Shown one piece after another: positions 49,351 through 60,827 of a DNA stretch of 64,000 nucleotides. Numbering within the stretch: position 1 is the first letter of the stretch; each line of letters begins with the position of its first letter. The position numbers and the translations under genes were made by a program. Location of the stretch: positions 62,001-126,000 of the forward strand of contig OZ025780.1 of assembly GCA_964019425.1 (NCBI GenBank), written 5' to 3'. The notes under the pieces are model-generated. The model had not been told where the DNA came from. It ran no database searches and saw nothing but the letters and a program-made list of their open reading frames with translations. This stretch comes from Flectonema sp. DT1601 (taxonomy: Eukaryota).

Positions 49351-50481
49351 TCAGTTTGAATTATCCATTTCCACATCAGTCGTTTCAGTAGTATCGGTTG
49401 GTTCTTCAGCACAGTGTCGCTTCAGATCACCAGATATAACTGGACCCTTGCCCGGGTTGAAGGTCGGCCCCAATTTGACCGGCTTTTCTCTTTTAGTTTC
49501 CATGTTGATTACAAGGTACGCATCTTTACCCATGTCGACGAAGCTTGGTGATGGAACCGATTCAGAGATTGCAATTAACGTTTTGTTGCCTCCCTTATGA
49601 AAACTAGCCACAATTGTGTGACTCCACTTGTATGCGTGCAACAGGTGATCGCTGATCTGTTGCGTCGTGAACTTCTTAATAGCCAGTGATTTAATTATAA
49701 AACGCTGACCAGTCGGCAGTGCGGGTTTCAGAGAATCCCCGAGTGATTCTCTCACTTTTTGAGTAAACCCGGGTTGAACTTTCAGCCCAAAGCACTCTCG
49801 GAACTTCGTGATGTAGAAGCTACCTTTGATTGCTGAAAGAACTGAAAGTTTGCCCAGCACCGCTTTGAAGCCCAAGTCCTTAACGAACTGAACTGTGTTC
49901 CAAGAGTCTTGGCCATTAGACCAAGATGGGTTTCTGATGAATAGATCTCTCTTCTCACTGGAGGTGTCGCTGTTGTTGTATTCCAGAATTTCAGAAATTC
50001 TGAAGTTTGGCACACGGATCGCCATAGATGTGTGCATATCGCATTTTTTAAATCCGAAGGGCGATGTCTTCAGCTCCCACTTTTTAATTAATTCTCTCAC
50101 CTTAGTGGTGAGAGTGCTCTCTGCTGATTTACTCCAGTCTTGTACGAATAGAACTGGGTCTGGCTGTGGTGGCTCGATGGCGTCTTCTCTTGCGGCAGTG
50201 AAATCTTTGCCACAAATCGGGGTGACAAATACCCTACGAATGACGCAGGTTCCGCACTTCTTCACGACTGGAAGTGCGACTGGGACTGTTGTTTTAAACA
50301 GTTTAGACTTTGAGATGGCAGTCCAGTCGCCCTTCGTTCGTGTTTGCTTCAGTGCTTCATAATCAGCCTTTGAGCTGATGAGCACGAGTCCGTCCGCGTT
50401 GTTTTTGGAGGCATCGATTGCTTCTGAGAATTTAAGCGTAGGTGTTGCTTTAGCCCACGCTGCGTGAATGTACCACTCTGG
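49351..50481 (-). CDS. LINE ORF1 (5'-truncated)
   Basis: Open frame directly upstream of ORF2 and in frame with it. Codons upstream of ~50481 come from a fold-back duplication and flanking DNA. Confidence 0.75.
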   Translation of the reverse strand, partial: PEWYIHAAWAKATPTLKFSEAIDASKNNADGLVLISSKADYEALKQTRTKGDWTAISKSKLFKTTVPVALPVVKKCGTCVIRRVFVTPICGKDFTAAREDAIEPPQPDPVLFVQDWSKSAESTLTTKVRELIKKWELKTSPFGFKKCDMHTSMAIRVPNFRISEILEYNNSDTSSEKRDLFIRNPSWSNGQDSWNTVQFVKDLGFKAVLGKLSVLSAIKGSFYITKFRECFGLKVQPGFTQKVRESLGDSLKPALPTGQRFIIKSLAIKKFTTQQISDHLLHAYKWSHTIVASFHKGGNKTLIAISESVPSPSFVDMGKDAYLVINMETKREKPVKLGPTFNPGKGPVISGDLKRHCAEEPTDTTETTDVEMDNSN

Positions 50482-50565
50482 CAGAGTGGTACATTCACGA
50501 GAAATTCCTTGCAAGGATAATTCCCGCAATAAGAATATAGGAAAAAAAAAAAAAACTTTTTAAGT

Positions 50566-50637
50566 GACGCTGGTTGTCCACTGGTATGATTGTGGATTTG
50601 CATTCGCTAGGCTGCAGGTTCGAGTCCTGGTGGAGGA
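50566..50637 (+). ncRNA. Degenerate tRNA-like Pol III module B followed by T10 terminator
   Basis: TGGTTGTCCACTGGTATGATT (A-box/D-arm-like), CAGG-TTCGAGT-CCTG T-arm with perfect B box at 50617-50627, then T10. Confidence 0.6.
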
Positions 50638-50995
50638 TTTTTTTTTTAATTAAAAACCATTAAAAGCCCTTTATTTTTATTTTTCCAAATTAAAGGGGAA
50701 TTAAATCCCCTTTAATTCCCCTTTATTTCATTAAATTGGAAAATAAAGGGGAATTAATTAAAAGCCCTTTAATATTAAAAGCCCTTTATTTCCGCTTTAA
50801 TTTTTAATTCCCCTTTAAAGGGGTACAAGTATGTTTATCTCAAAAAAAAAAAAAAAAATAGAAAAAATAAAACTAAATAAAAAAAGAAAGTCACAACGTA
50901 GTCTTTAGTACAATAAACATCATCATTTATGAGAGATTATTTACTGATAAATAGATAAAGTGATTCACGATACCCCAAAAACAACTAAAGTAGAG

Positions 50996-52219
50996 TTATA
51001 ATAAAGATTTTATTGCAAGAGATAGTTTCTGAACCGCAATTCGTAAATGCGTTGGCTGATACCTCACAAAACATATTCTGAAACTTCTTTTTGTTTCAGG
51101 TGTTGGAGTTGCGAAGAACGACTCTCCATCAGCAAACAGAACCTGCTGCGACACTTCCATAAGCTGACATGTTGTGATTGGATTTGGTAGAGTACACCAA
51201 ATGAAGTACCCTCCCTGAGGATTTGAAAATTTCACTCCGAGGGGTTCTAACTCTTTTGTTAATGATTGATGTAAAGCTTCAGCTCTTGTTTTGTATGTTG
51301 CGATTAGATTTTTTAAATAAATTTGAAATACACCTCTCTCAATACAATCGGCCACTATCAGTGCAGTAAAGTTACTCAAAGCACCTCCCGATAGGATGAC
51401 ACCCGCTTGGTGAAGTCGATTGATATTCGAAGGACTGGTGTGAATCCATCCAACTCGTAGACCAGGTGACAGTATTTTAGTAAATGACGACACAGATATT
51501 GTGAAGTTGCTGTCAAATGATCCGAATGACTTTCGTTTGACAGAATCCCAAGTGAGTTGATGATAAACTTCATCAGCGATAATTAACACTTCTTGTTCAG
51601 TACAAAACTTAACTAACGACTCTCTTCTGGTGTTCGGCATACTTCTTCCAGTTGGGTTTTGATGAGTTGGAATTATATAAAGAAATGACGGCTTTCCGAA
51701 TTGTTTTATTTTCAATTCCAAATCAGAAATCAACATCCCACCCTCATCACATTCGATTCCAATAATATCAAAGCCGTGAGTTTTAATAACTTTATGAGCC
51801 AAGTAGTACGTTGGATTCTCAACAAACACAATTAGATTACTTTTATCCTTGAACTGAGTACAACACAAATCAAGAGCTTGTGACGCCCCTCCAGTCACCA
51901 TTAGGTTGGATTCAGGTGTTGAGTGTTGGTATGCATTTGTTAAGTGCAACGATAATTGTTTTAAAAAACGATCATCCCCAAGGTCTTCACCATAATTCAA
52001 AGCAGTAATCGTTCCCTGACCAGGTTTTAACATTCTGTTGGTCGCTTCTAAGATCATATCATTCGGCAACTCTTCGTCTAAAGGCCAACCCAATCCGAGA
52101 TCGTAATTATCATTTTTTGATTCATTCTCAGCATTGCTGTCGGTACTCCAACCTTCCCACTGTTCGGTAGCATTCATGATGTGTTGTTTTTGATCATAAG
52201 CATCGACAGAGTCTTCCAT
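50996..52219 (-). CDS. PLP-dependent aminotransferase class I/II (Aro8/2-aminoadipate-like)
   Basis: YIIPTHQNPTG, IIADEVY, SFTKILSPGLRVGW, PQGGYFIW, FRICF. Confidence 0.93.
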   Translation of the reverse strand: MEDSVDAYDQKQHIMNATEQWEGWSTDSNAENESKNDNYDLGLGWPLDEELPNDMILEATNRMLKPGQGTITALNYGEDLGDDRFLKQLSLHLTNAYQHSTPESNLMVTGGASQALDLCCTQFKDKSNLIVFVENPTYYLAHKVIKTHGFDIIGIECDEGGMLISDLELKIKQFGKPSFLYIIPTHQNPTGRSMPNTRRESLVKFCTEQEVLIIADEVYHQLTWDSVKRKSFGSFDSNFTISVSSFTKILSPGLRVGWIHTSPSNINRLHQAGVILSGGALSNFTALIVADCIERGVFQIYLKNLIATYKTRAEALHQSLTKELEPLGVKFSNPQGGYFIWCTLPNPITTCQLMEVSQQVLFADGESFFATPTPETKRSFRICFVRYQPTHLRIAVQKLSLAIKSLL

Positions 52220-52763
52220 CTTTGATTAGTGTAGTCTGAAGTTAGTGCCCTCCTGTTCAACCTGTTGATTTGTTTAAGAAAATTCATTTTTGAACGACAC
52301 AACACCCAACACACGAACCTTACTTTGACACGAAAAGGAAACGACAAAAAAAAAAAAAAAAAAAAAAAAAAAAGCCCAGTCTTAGACTGCGCAATGTGAA
52401 CTAAAAAATTCAGCAAAAAAGAAAAAAGAAAAACATTCTTAAAAAAAAGGGGAAGTTGATGCGGCTACGGCTTTGATTCAGCTGCGGTACTTCAGTTAAT
52501 CGTTTCCCTCAATCGCAAGTTCTCATATCGGTCAACAACCAACAATCAGAGAAGGTGCAAAATACTTGGGGAGTCTTTCAACAAAGGATTCCACAGAACG
52601 AAAAGAAAAAAAACGAGTGAAAAAGAAGAAAGAAAAGAAAAAGAAAAAAAGGGGAAAGGATAGTGCTGAGTGTATCCTGATCTACTCGTTGGACTATAAT
52701 TCAAGTCGCGGCATTCGCGCACTCAGGTTTGCAGATTTCATCCAGAGAAAGACTACTCACATT

Positions 52764-53743
52764 CTAGTTAGCAAAGTCATCATCGTCATCCGGAAGTGCG
52801 ATGGCAGCCGCAGCCTTGGCCTGCTCTTCCATCTCAGCGACCTTCTCAGCGGAGAGGATGACAACTGGCTCCTGTTATTTTATTGAATTGGATTGGTGAA
52901 AAAACAAACGGAAAGAACAACGAGAAACTAAAACAGTAAAAAACAACATACCACCAAAGAGGCTTCCGCAGTAAACGCGAGGTTGCTGTCATTCGCCAAC
53001 TTCTTCGCCAACCACAAGAACGGCTTCTCGAAGTTGTAGTTCGACTTGGCGGAGATGTCGTAGTACTGAAGAGACTTCTTTCTGTGGAAGGTGATCTGTC
53101 TTGCCTTCACAGTTCTCTCCATAACGTCTACCTTGTTACCTACGAGAACAAGAGGAATGTTGTCGCACACTCTGACAACGTCTCTGTGCCAGTTTGGAAC
53201 GTTCTTGTAGGTCTGACGGGAGGTAACGTCAAACATTATAATTCCACAAGTTCCCTGAATGTAGTATCCGTCACTGTGGGTGTTTTGTTTTGAAATAAAA
53301 TATGAAATGAGAAGACGCGAGACATCATTCAGACTACGAAATGATAAAAACATTTCCAACTGAATAAGAAAGTTTTTAAATAACAACATGTGATTTCATT
53401 ACTTCGATCAGAACCACACATAAAATAATTATAAGAAATAATCATACCGAAGACCTCCGTACTTCTCCTGTCCGGCGGTGTCCCAAACGTTGAAACAAAT
53501 AACACCGTGAGTGGTCTGGAACTTAAGTGGGTGGACCTGTTTTGTGTGTTTAGTTATTGCTCGCCTTAGAATACGATGTTTGACTGCTGTACAAAAGAAA
53601 TGATAAATACAAACCTCAACACCAACAGTTGGGATGTACTTCTTCTCAAATTCTCCGCTCTGATGACGCTTTACGAATGTGGTCTTACCTGTACCACCGT
53701 CTCCAACGAGTACGAGTTTGAAGGTGTGCATTGGAGCAGACAT
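52764..53743 (-). CDS. RAN: Ran GTPase copy 1 (4 exons)
   Basis: [45 protein letters not shown], acidic tail [10 protein letters not shown]. Three GT-AG introns. Confidence 0.97.
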
Positions 53744-54362
53744 AGTTTCCAATATGACCTGAATAAGGGTTTGAGAAAATTAAATTAAAATAATGTTCAG
53801 AAGATAATAATCTTTTGATCTGACTGATGTTCTTCTGTAGATCTAGTTGAGAGAGGAAATGAAAAATAATAAAATTATTTAATCGAAGTTATCAACAGAT
53901 AAATACACCGATGTTTACTTTGACACGAAAAAGAAACAAAGGGAAGGGGGGGAAACGGGAGAAAGAAAAATAAAACACTTTTAAAAAAAAAAAAGGCGGG
54001 GGGGGAGTTGATGCAACTTTGGTTTTTGATTTCTATTTTTATTTTTTTCCTCGCCGCAGTTCTTTTGTTTTTTTTTCATTTCCCTCAGCTACACTTTTCG
54101 TTTTCTTTTTTTCTAATTCTCATATCGGTCAACAACCAACAATCAGAGAAGGTGCAAAATACTTGGGGAGTCTTTCAACAAAGGATTCCACAGAACGAAA
54201 AGAAAAAAAACGAGTGAAAAAGAAGAAAGAAAAGAAGAAAAAAAAAAAGGGGGAAAGGATAGTGCTGAGTGTATCCTGATCTACTCGTTGGACTATAATT
54301 CAAGTCGCGGCATTCGCGCACTCAGGTTTGCAGATTTCATCCAGAGAAAGACTACTCACATT

Positions 54363-55342
54363 CTAGTTAGCAAAGTCATCATCGTCATCTGGAAGTGCGA
54401 TGGCAGCCGCAGCCTTGGCCTGCTCTTCCATCTCAGCGACCTTCTCAGCGGAGAGGATGACAACTGGCTCCTGTTATTTTATTGAATTGGATTGGTGAAA
54501 AAACAAACGGAAAGAACAACGAGAAACTAAAACAGTAAAAAACAACATACCACCAAAGAGGCTTCCGCAGTAAACGCGAGGTTGCTGTCATTCGCCAACT
54601 TCTTCGCCAACCACAAGAACGGCTTCTCGAAGTTGTAGTTCGACTTGGCGGAGATGTCGTAGTACTGAAGAGACTTCTTTCTGTGGAAGGTGATCTGTCT
54701 TGCCTTCACAGTTCTCTCCATAACGTCTACCTTGTTACCTACGAGAACAAGAGGAATGTTGTCGCACACTCTGACAACGTCTCTGTGCCAGTTTGGAACG
54801 TTCTTGTAGGTCTGACGGGAGGTAACGTCAAACATTATAATTCCACAAGTTCCCTGAATGTAGTATCCGTCACTGTGGGTGTTTTGTTTATATTCGTTCA
54901 TCAGACTTGTTCAGCTACAAGACTTGTTCAGCTACAAGACTTGTTCAGCTACAAGACTTGTTCAGCTACAAGACTTGTTCAGCTACAAGACTAACTTCCT
55001 ATTCTAAGGAGGGAAATAATAAAATAATTATAAGAAATAATCATACCGAAGACCTCCGTACTTCTCCTGTCCGGCGGTGTCCCAAACGTTGAAACAAATA
55101 ACACCGTGAGTGGTCTGGAACTTAAGTGGGTGGACCTGTTTTGTGTGTTTAGTTATTGCTCGCCTTAGAATACGATGTTTGACTGCTGTACAAAAGAAAT
55201 GATAAATACAAACCTCAACACCAACAGTTGGGATGTACTTCTTCTCAAATTCTCCGCTCTGATGACGCTTTACGAATGTGGTCTTACCTGTACCACCGTC
55301 TCCAACGAGTACGAGTTTGAAGGTGTGCATTGGAGCAGACAT
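54363..55342 (-). CDS. RAN: Ran GTPase copy 2 (4 exons)
   Basis: Same exons and motifs as copy 1. Confidence 0.97.
54903..54992. repeat. 17-bp tandem repeat x5 in intron 2 of Ran copy 2
   Basis: AGACTTGTTCAGCTACA repeated. Confidence 0.93.
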
Positions 55343-55941
55343 ATTTAATTAACTGGCCACTGATGTTAAAATAATTAAAGAGGCCGACTAGTCGCAATTT
55401 TGATTAAGAACTCAAGTGATGGTAAGCAAATCAACTTCCTCTAATTCATATCATTGTAAAGAGTAGATTATGATTAAGAATGAAAATAATAGAATATAAC
55501 ATAAACAATAAACAACTATTCATAGCAACCCAACCCTTGCGGGAGTTCTCATGGCGGAGGGGAAATTTTTTAAAAAAACAAATACTTTGGAAAAAGAAAA
55601 TAGTCAAAAGTAAAAACATCAGATTGTTTTTTTTTTTTTTTTTTTTTTTGTTTAAAGTGCAGTGTATTTTGAGTCGCCCGAGTCATGGAGATTTTCTCCC
55701 CACATATGATGTGCCCTGAAAGACGTAGCTGACACACAGGCTGACAAGATTACAGAGGTCAGAATAGATCGACAGTTAATAAGATTTACAGGCACACGTT
55801 GGCTTTATTTGTCAGAGGTAAGTCATCCTGACTTGACAACCGAGATAGTGCTGTCACCATATCGTTCATAGCAGGTGGTGTCTTCAGGAACTTCAAATTA
55901 GATAATATTCGTCAGCTTCAACTGATGTCAGGAGTACAACA

Positions 55942-56031
55942 GTTACACTGAGTACCCCTCACACTGCTGAGAGTATCACCCGTCTGGTTACACTGAGTAC
56001 CCCTCACACTGCTGAGAGTATCACCCGTCTG
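55942..56031. repeat. 45-bp perfect tandem duplication, intergenic
   Basis: GTTACACTGAGTACCCCTCACACTGCTGAGAGTATCACCCGTCTG x2. Confidence 0.9.
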
Positions 56032-56795
56032 ACAGGAGGGAGAGAGTTGTGATGTTTAACATCTGCTCGAACAGCAACAGATTCTTCTTTTTTTTTTTTT
56101 TTTTTTTAAAAAGGCCAAAAATCCCCATAAAACCAGAATAATAAAACACATTCCTTGTTATGATCTCCGAATAGAACCAGTTCATTCCGAAGAGTAGTAT
56201 CACAACACACAAGTCTCTACTTGTTGACTGCGATCAGAGAGGCCGACTAAGGGACATTTAAGTGTGTTGTGAGTAGTGTTGTGTGGCGGTGGTGGTGGTG
56301 GTGAATATTTACTAATATTTTTTTTAACTTTTTTTTTTTTTTTTTTTTTTTCCCCGAAAGGAATATAACATAACTCACCATAACAAAACAAAGAAGAGAA
56401 AAGGAAAGGGGGGGGGGAAAAAAAGGGGGGAAATACGCGAAAAGTGAATAAAAAACAATCTGCCTGACATATAATTATAAATTGGTAATAATTTTCATTT
56501 TTTTTTTTTACAAAAGTGTATACAAAAAATAAAGCATTTTCTTTTTTTTTTACACGACTAATGCTATGAAAGTATCGGATATTTTCACTGGTAGAAATGA
56601 CACCATAAAATGGAACTCGAATGTCAAAAATAAAAAATGTTTTTTTGACAATGGACACGCAATTAATAAAAAGGTCTTCTGATTGAGAAAACCTTACCAC
56701 TCTGTACATGTTGTTGATCACAAACAGCAATACCAGAATCACTTAGTCTGTCACTGAACTGAACTGAGTAGCTTCTGACGAGTGAATACGAACAG

Positions 56796-57326
56796 CTAGT
56801 TAGTCGACATCATGTTAATAAATTCCATGTAGTGGATCTTACCTGTTTTTAGTTATTTAGAATAGGATGGGATCATCTCAGATAATAATAACAACAACAA
56901 CAAACCTGTATTCTCAGGATCAACTGTAGCCAGTAGCTCTGCGGCTTCGTCAGGACTCAGTTTTTCCGATCCGTAAGTAGTGAGTGCATGCTCTAGTACT
57001 TCAGTACTGACGTAACCAGGAGGAACATTGTCAGTCTCGAATACTTTAAAGGCAGCCTTTAGTTGTTCTGGAGTATAGTCTGCCTGAACACGACGAGACA
57101 TGACTGTTACGAATTCGTTGAAATCGATGTCACCACTTCCATCTGAATCAACTTCTCTCATCATCGCGTCTAACTCCTCATCAGTTGGTTTCAATCGAAG
57201 AGTTTCCATTAGTTTTCTTAATTCATCTTTTGAAATACTACCTCCGTGATCCTCATCAACGAGATCAAATATTTCTTTAAACTCAGCCAGCTCTTCTTCA
57301 GTTAGGTGATGTTGAATGCTTGCCAT
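56796..57326 (-). CDS. Calmodulin-like EF-hand protein (2 exons)
   Basis: DEDHGGSISKDEL and DSDGSGDIDFNEF EF loops. The intron before GKIHYMEFINMMSTN* completes EF4. Confidence 0.92.
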
Positions 57327-58291
57327 GTTCTTTTATTAGATCTCAGGAATGTGGTCACAACTCCTATTCAATTTTAAAAATAATAAATAAAATAAATAAT
57401 AATAAATATAATAAATAATAAAGTGGTACAGCACCATCAACCATTGATGAGACACTTAAAAATAGCAAACACACTTGAGATGGGATGGGATGGGAGGGGG
57501 GGACTCCCCCGTGAATCCTTGAGGGGAAGATGACTACTCACAATAAAGCAGTCCATGTTTCCCTTTTTTTTTTCCCCTCTTTTTTTTTTTGTTCCTCTTC
57601 CCCCGTCCATATAGCCCTTTTAGATTCTTTACAACGCATCAATTCGTGGTAGTTTTGGGGATGGGGATAGAGAGAAGAATTTTGAAGCTTTTGAAGGGGC
57701 AAAGAAAAAAAGCACCGCCACAGCAGACTTTTTTTTTGTTGTCTAACACGCTGTATTAGAAAAGCCTCCCATAAAGAATTATATAATAAAAGGCCTGGTT
57801 TAATGTGTTGTACAGAAGGTGCCGATTAACATTTTTTTTTTTTTTTTTCAAATGTTTTATTGAGGACTGGGGGAAGAAGAAAAAAAAACAAAAAAAAAAA
57901 CCCCAAAACACGTTGCAAAGTGTTAACGGGTTTTACATTATACAGTTTTTTTTTTTTTTAAATATTTTGCTGCCTTTCAGTAATTACATTGGAAACAAAC
58001 ACTAGATGTACATAAAATTTGTTTTGTGAAAACCGTATTAAAAAAATAGTTCAACGACAATTGATAGAAAGTAATTAAATTCTAATCCTGTCCACACTGA
58101 CATCGGAAAAGGTACCACCGCAGTCAACGTATTCGTCAGCCTCCCTCGGTTAGTCGGTTGGTAGAAAATGAGAACCAATGTCTACAGCCTACCAATTCAA
58201 GTGAACCTCGCGAGGAAAACGAGGATCGGGAAGGGAAAGGGGGCGGAGGGTACATCAGAGTAAGAACGTATCGTAAATAACAAAAAGGGTT

Positions 58292-59085
58292 CTATGCGTG
58301 AGTCGCACGGCTCTCTTTTTCAATCTCGCGACGACGGTCTTGTTTGATCTGTTGTTTTTATTTTATATATTTCTAAGTTTTCATAATCGATTAGCTTCCC
58401 TCGCTTCTTAAAAAAGAAATAATAATATCAAAAAAAAAAAAAAAAAAAAAAAACAACAAACCGTCTCCTGCTCCCAATAACCTGACTGACCAGGCGTGGC
58501 AGTTTCGAAAAAGTACGAGTTTGGAGTATCAATCGCAGCGATGACTGGCTCCATATCGTGAATTCGTTCCTTAATTCGAATATATTCCTGTTCGTAACGC
58601 TTCTTACGAATGGCTGCAGACTCAATTTCATCTGGGTACATTGGACCGTAAAGTTCTATTTCACGAGAGTTCTCATCGAGTCCGTACATACGAGCATCAA
58701 CAACAGCACATCTGCCACCAAATGCCATTAACGCACAACAAAACGGCATCATCATTTTCATGAACCAATGTTTTGTTTGTGAATATCTCCAAGTCTCAGA
58801 GTAGTAGTACCTCATACGAAGTTGAAATGTCACCATTCCAATTAATCCACCGACTACTGGCATACCAAAGTCATACCATCTAAAATATTGAACGTAATTA
58901 TAAAGTGTTAACTTGTAAGCATCAGCACAAAGAGGCCAGAACTGACATGGATGAGCATGACACATCGGATTCCTTAATCGCTTTATCATCTTTTCATCTC
59001 TTTCCTTAACTCGAAAGTTAAGACGCTCCAATTCCGTTAGAAGCTCTTGATTACTCATCGCTGAGAGACTTCCCAATGCCGACAT
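58292..59085 (-). CDS. Hypothetical protein with two TM-like segments (2 exons)
   Basis: ORF to ...WEQET, then a GTTTGT...CAG intron, then IKQDRRREIEKESRATHA*. Confidence 0.7.
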
Positions 59086-59735
59086 GTTGAAGACGGACTC
59101 CCTGACAATCCCTGAAGGGGGTACTTGACTGTGAAGGGGGGTAACTTGATACTAATATTAAATGAAAAGCAACTTTGAAACTGAATAGGGTTCGGCCAAA
59201 CCTGGTTGCAATACGAGAAGATTAACAATTGGTATCCCATATGCGCTATCGAATATGGGGATTCGGGTAGAAGTTGAGCGCCCCATGTCCGACTGTAGGG
59301 GGGTAGCTATTTAAGAATACCCATTACGATATTAAGATCAACTTATTTAAATATTTAGTAATTTATGAAACAGTTGACCAAAAGGTAATGTTAGTTTGGA
59401 TCAATGTTTTGACTTGCCTCCGTCCATCTCTCTCTCTCTTTTCTGTGTTGTCATTCACGGGAATCGAGTTACTCAAAAATACTTTAAAAACAGTCGTGAG
59501 TCTTGGGAAACTAAAACCAAACACAATGTAATACAGTAGAGTATTACTAAAATTTAAAAAAAATAGAAAAAGAGGGGACTTAATTTCCAAAGATCGCCAG
59601 ACTTCTATTTAATCAGCTCCTTCAACACTTTACTCTCTGAGACTCGATACTATCAGAGAAGGATAGCTGATGTTACTTTGTTTACATTTAGTAATAAGAA
59701 ATAGAAAACAACTGAAAATGAAAACACAGAAGCAG

Positions 59736-60827
59736 ATGAAGACCAACACCACAACAGATAGTAGTGCAGCAACTGTTATGAAGACCAACACCACAACAGA
59801 TAGTAGTGCAGCAACTGTTATGAAGACCAACATCACAACAGATAGTAGTGCAGCAACTGTTATGAAGACCAACATCACAACAGATAGTAGTGCAGCAACT
59901 GTTATGAAGACCAACATCACAACAGATAGTAGTGCAGCAACTGTTATGAAGACCAACACCACAACAGATAGTAGTGCAGCAACTGTTATGAAGACCAACA
60001 TCACAACAGATAGTAGTGCAGCAACTGTTATGAAGACCAACACCACAACAGATAGTAGTGCAGCAACTGTTATGAAGACCAACACCACAACAGATAGTAG
60101 TGCAGCAACTGTTATGAAGACCAACACCACAACAGATAGTAGTGCAGCAACTGTTATGAAGACCAACATCACAACAGATAGTAGTGCAGCAACTGTTATG
60201 AAGACCAACACCACAACAGATAGTAGTGCAGCAACTGTTATGAAGACCAACATCACAACAGATAGTAGTGCAGCAACTGTTATGAAGACCAACACCACAA
60301 CAGATAGTAGTGCAGCAACTGTTATGAAGACCAACACCACAACAGATAGTAGTGCAGCAACTGTTATGAAGACCAACACCACAACAGATAGTAGTGCAGC
60401 AACTGTTATGAAGACCAACACCACAACAGATAGTAGTGCAGCAACTGTTATGAAGACCAACACCACAACAGATAGTAGTGCAGCAACTGTTATGAAGACC
60501 AACATCACAACAGATAGTAGTGCAGCAACTGTTATGAAGACCAACACCACAACAGATAGTAGTGCAGCAACTGTTATGAAGACCAACACCACAACAGATA
60601 GTAGTGCAGCAACTGTTATGAAGACCAACATCACAACAGATAGTAGTGCAGCAACTGTTATGAAGACCAACACCACAACAGATAGTAGTGCAGCAACTGT
60701 TATGAAGACCAACATCACAACAGATAGTAGTGCAGCAACTGTTATGAAGACCAACATCACAACAGATAGTAGTGCAGCAACTGTTATGAAGACCAACATC
60801 ACAACAGATAGTAGTGCAGCAACTGTT
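59736..60827. repeat. 42-bp minisatellite, 26 copies
   Basis: ATGAAGACCAACA(C/T)CACAACAGATAGTAGTGCAGCAACTGTT; 1092 bp = 26 x 42. Confidence 0.98.

Larger units (their letters stand above)
44893..50498 (-). mobile_element. 5'-truncated non-LTR retrotransposon (Ingi/I-group-like LINE)
   Basis: Direct repeat GAGAAATTCCTT at 44881-44892 and 50499-50510; poly(A) tail (T run 44891-44911); ORF1 plus APE-RT-RNaseH ORF2. Confidence 0.95.
41933..50833. mobile_element. Non-autonomous TIR DNA element (~3.3 kb without the nested LINE)
   Basis: Perfect 24-bp TIR CATACTTGTACCCCTTTAAAGGGG (41933-41956; reverse complement 50810-50833). TSD TTTATC at 41927-41932 and 50834-50839. Dense TAAAGGG(G/C) subterminal repeats at both ends. 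No transposase ORF seen. Confidence 0.9.

Noticed and set aside
50482..50529. ORF1 start MRELSLQG from the ORF track
   Set aside because: It is a TTG codon outside the TSD, made of flank plus fold-back sequence.
44803..50637. Functional tRNA genes at modules A and B
   Set aside because: Acceptor, anticodon and T stems are mismatched, so no confident anticodon. Kept only as tRNA-like.
59736..60827. CRISPR array
   Set aside because: Units are contiguous with no unique spacers, no cas genes, and the context is eukaryotic.
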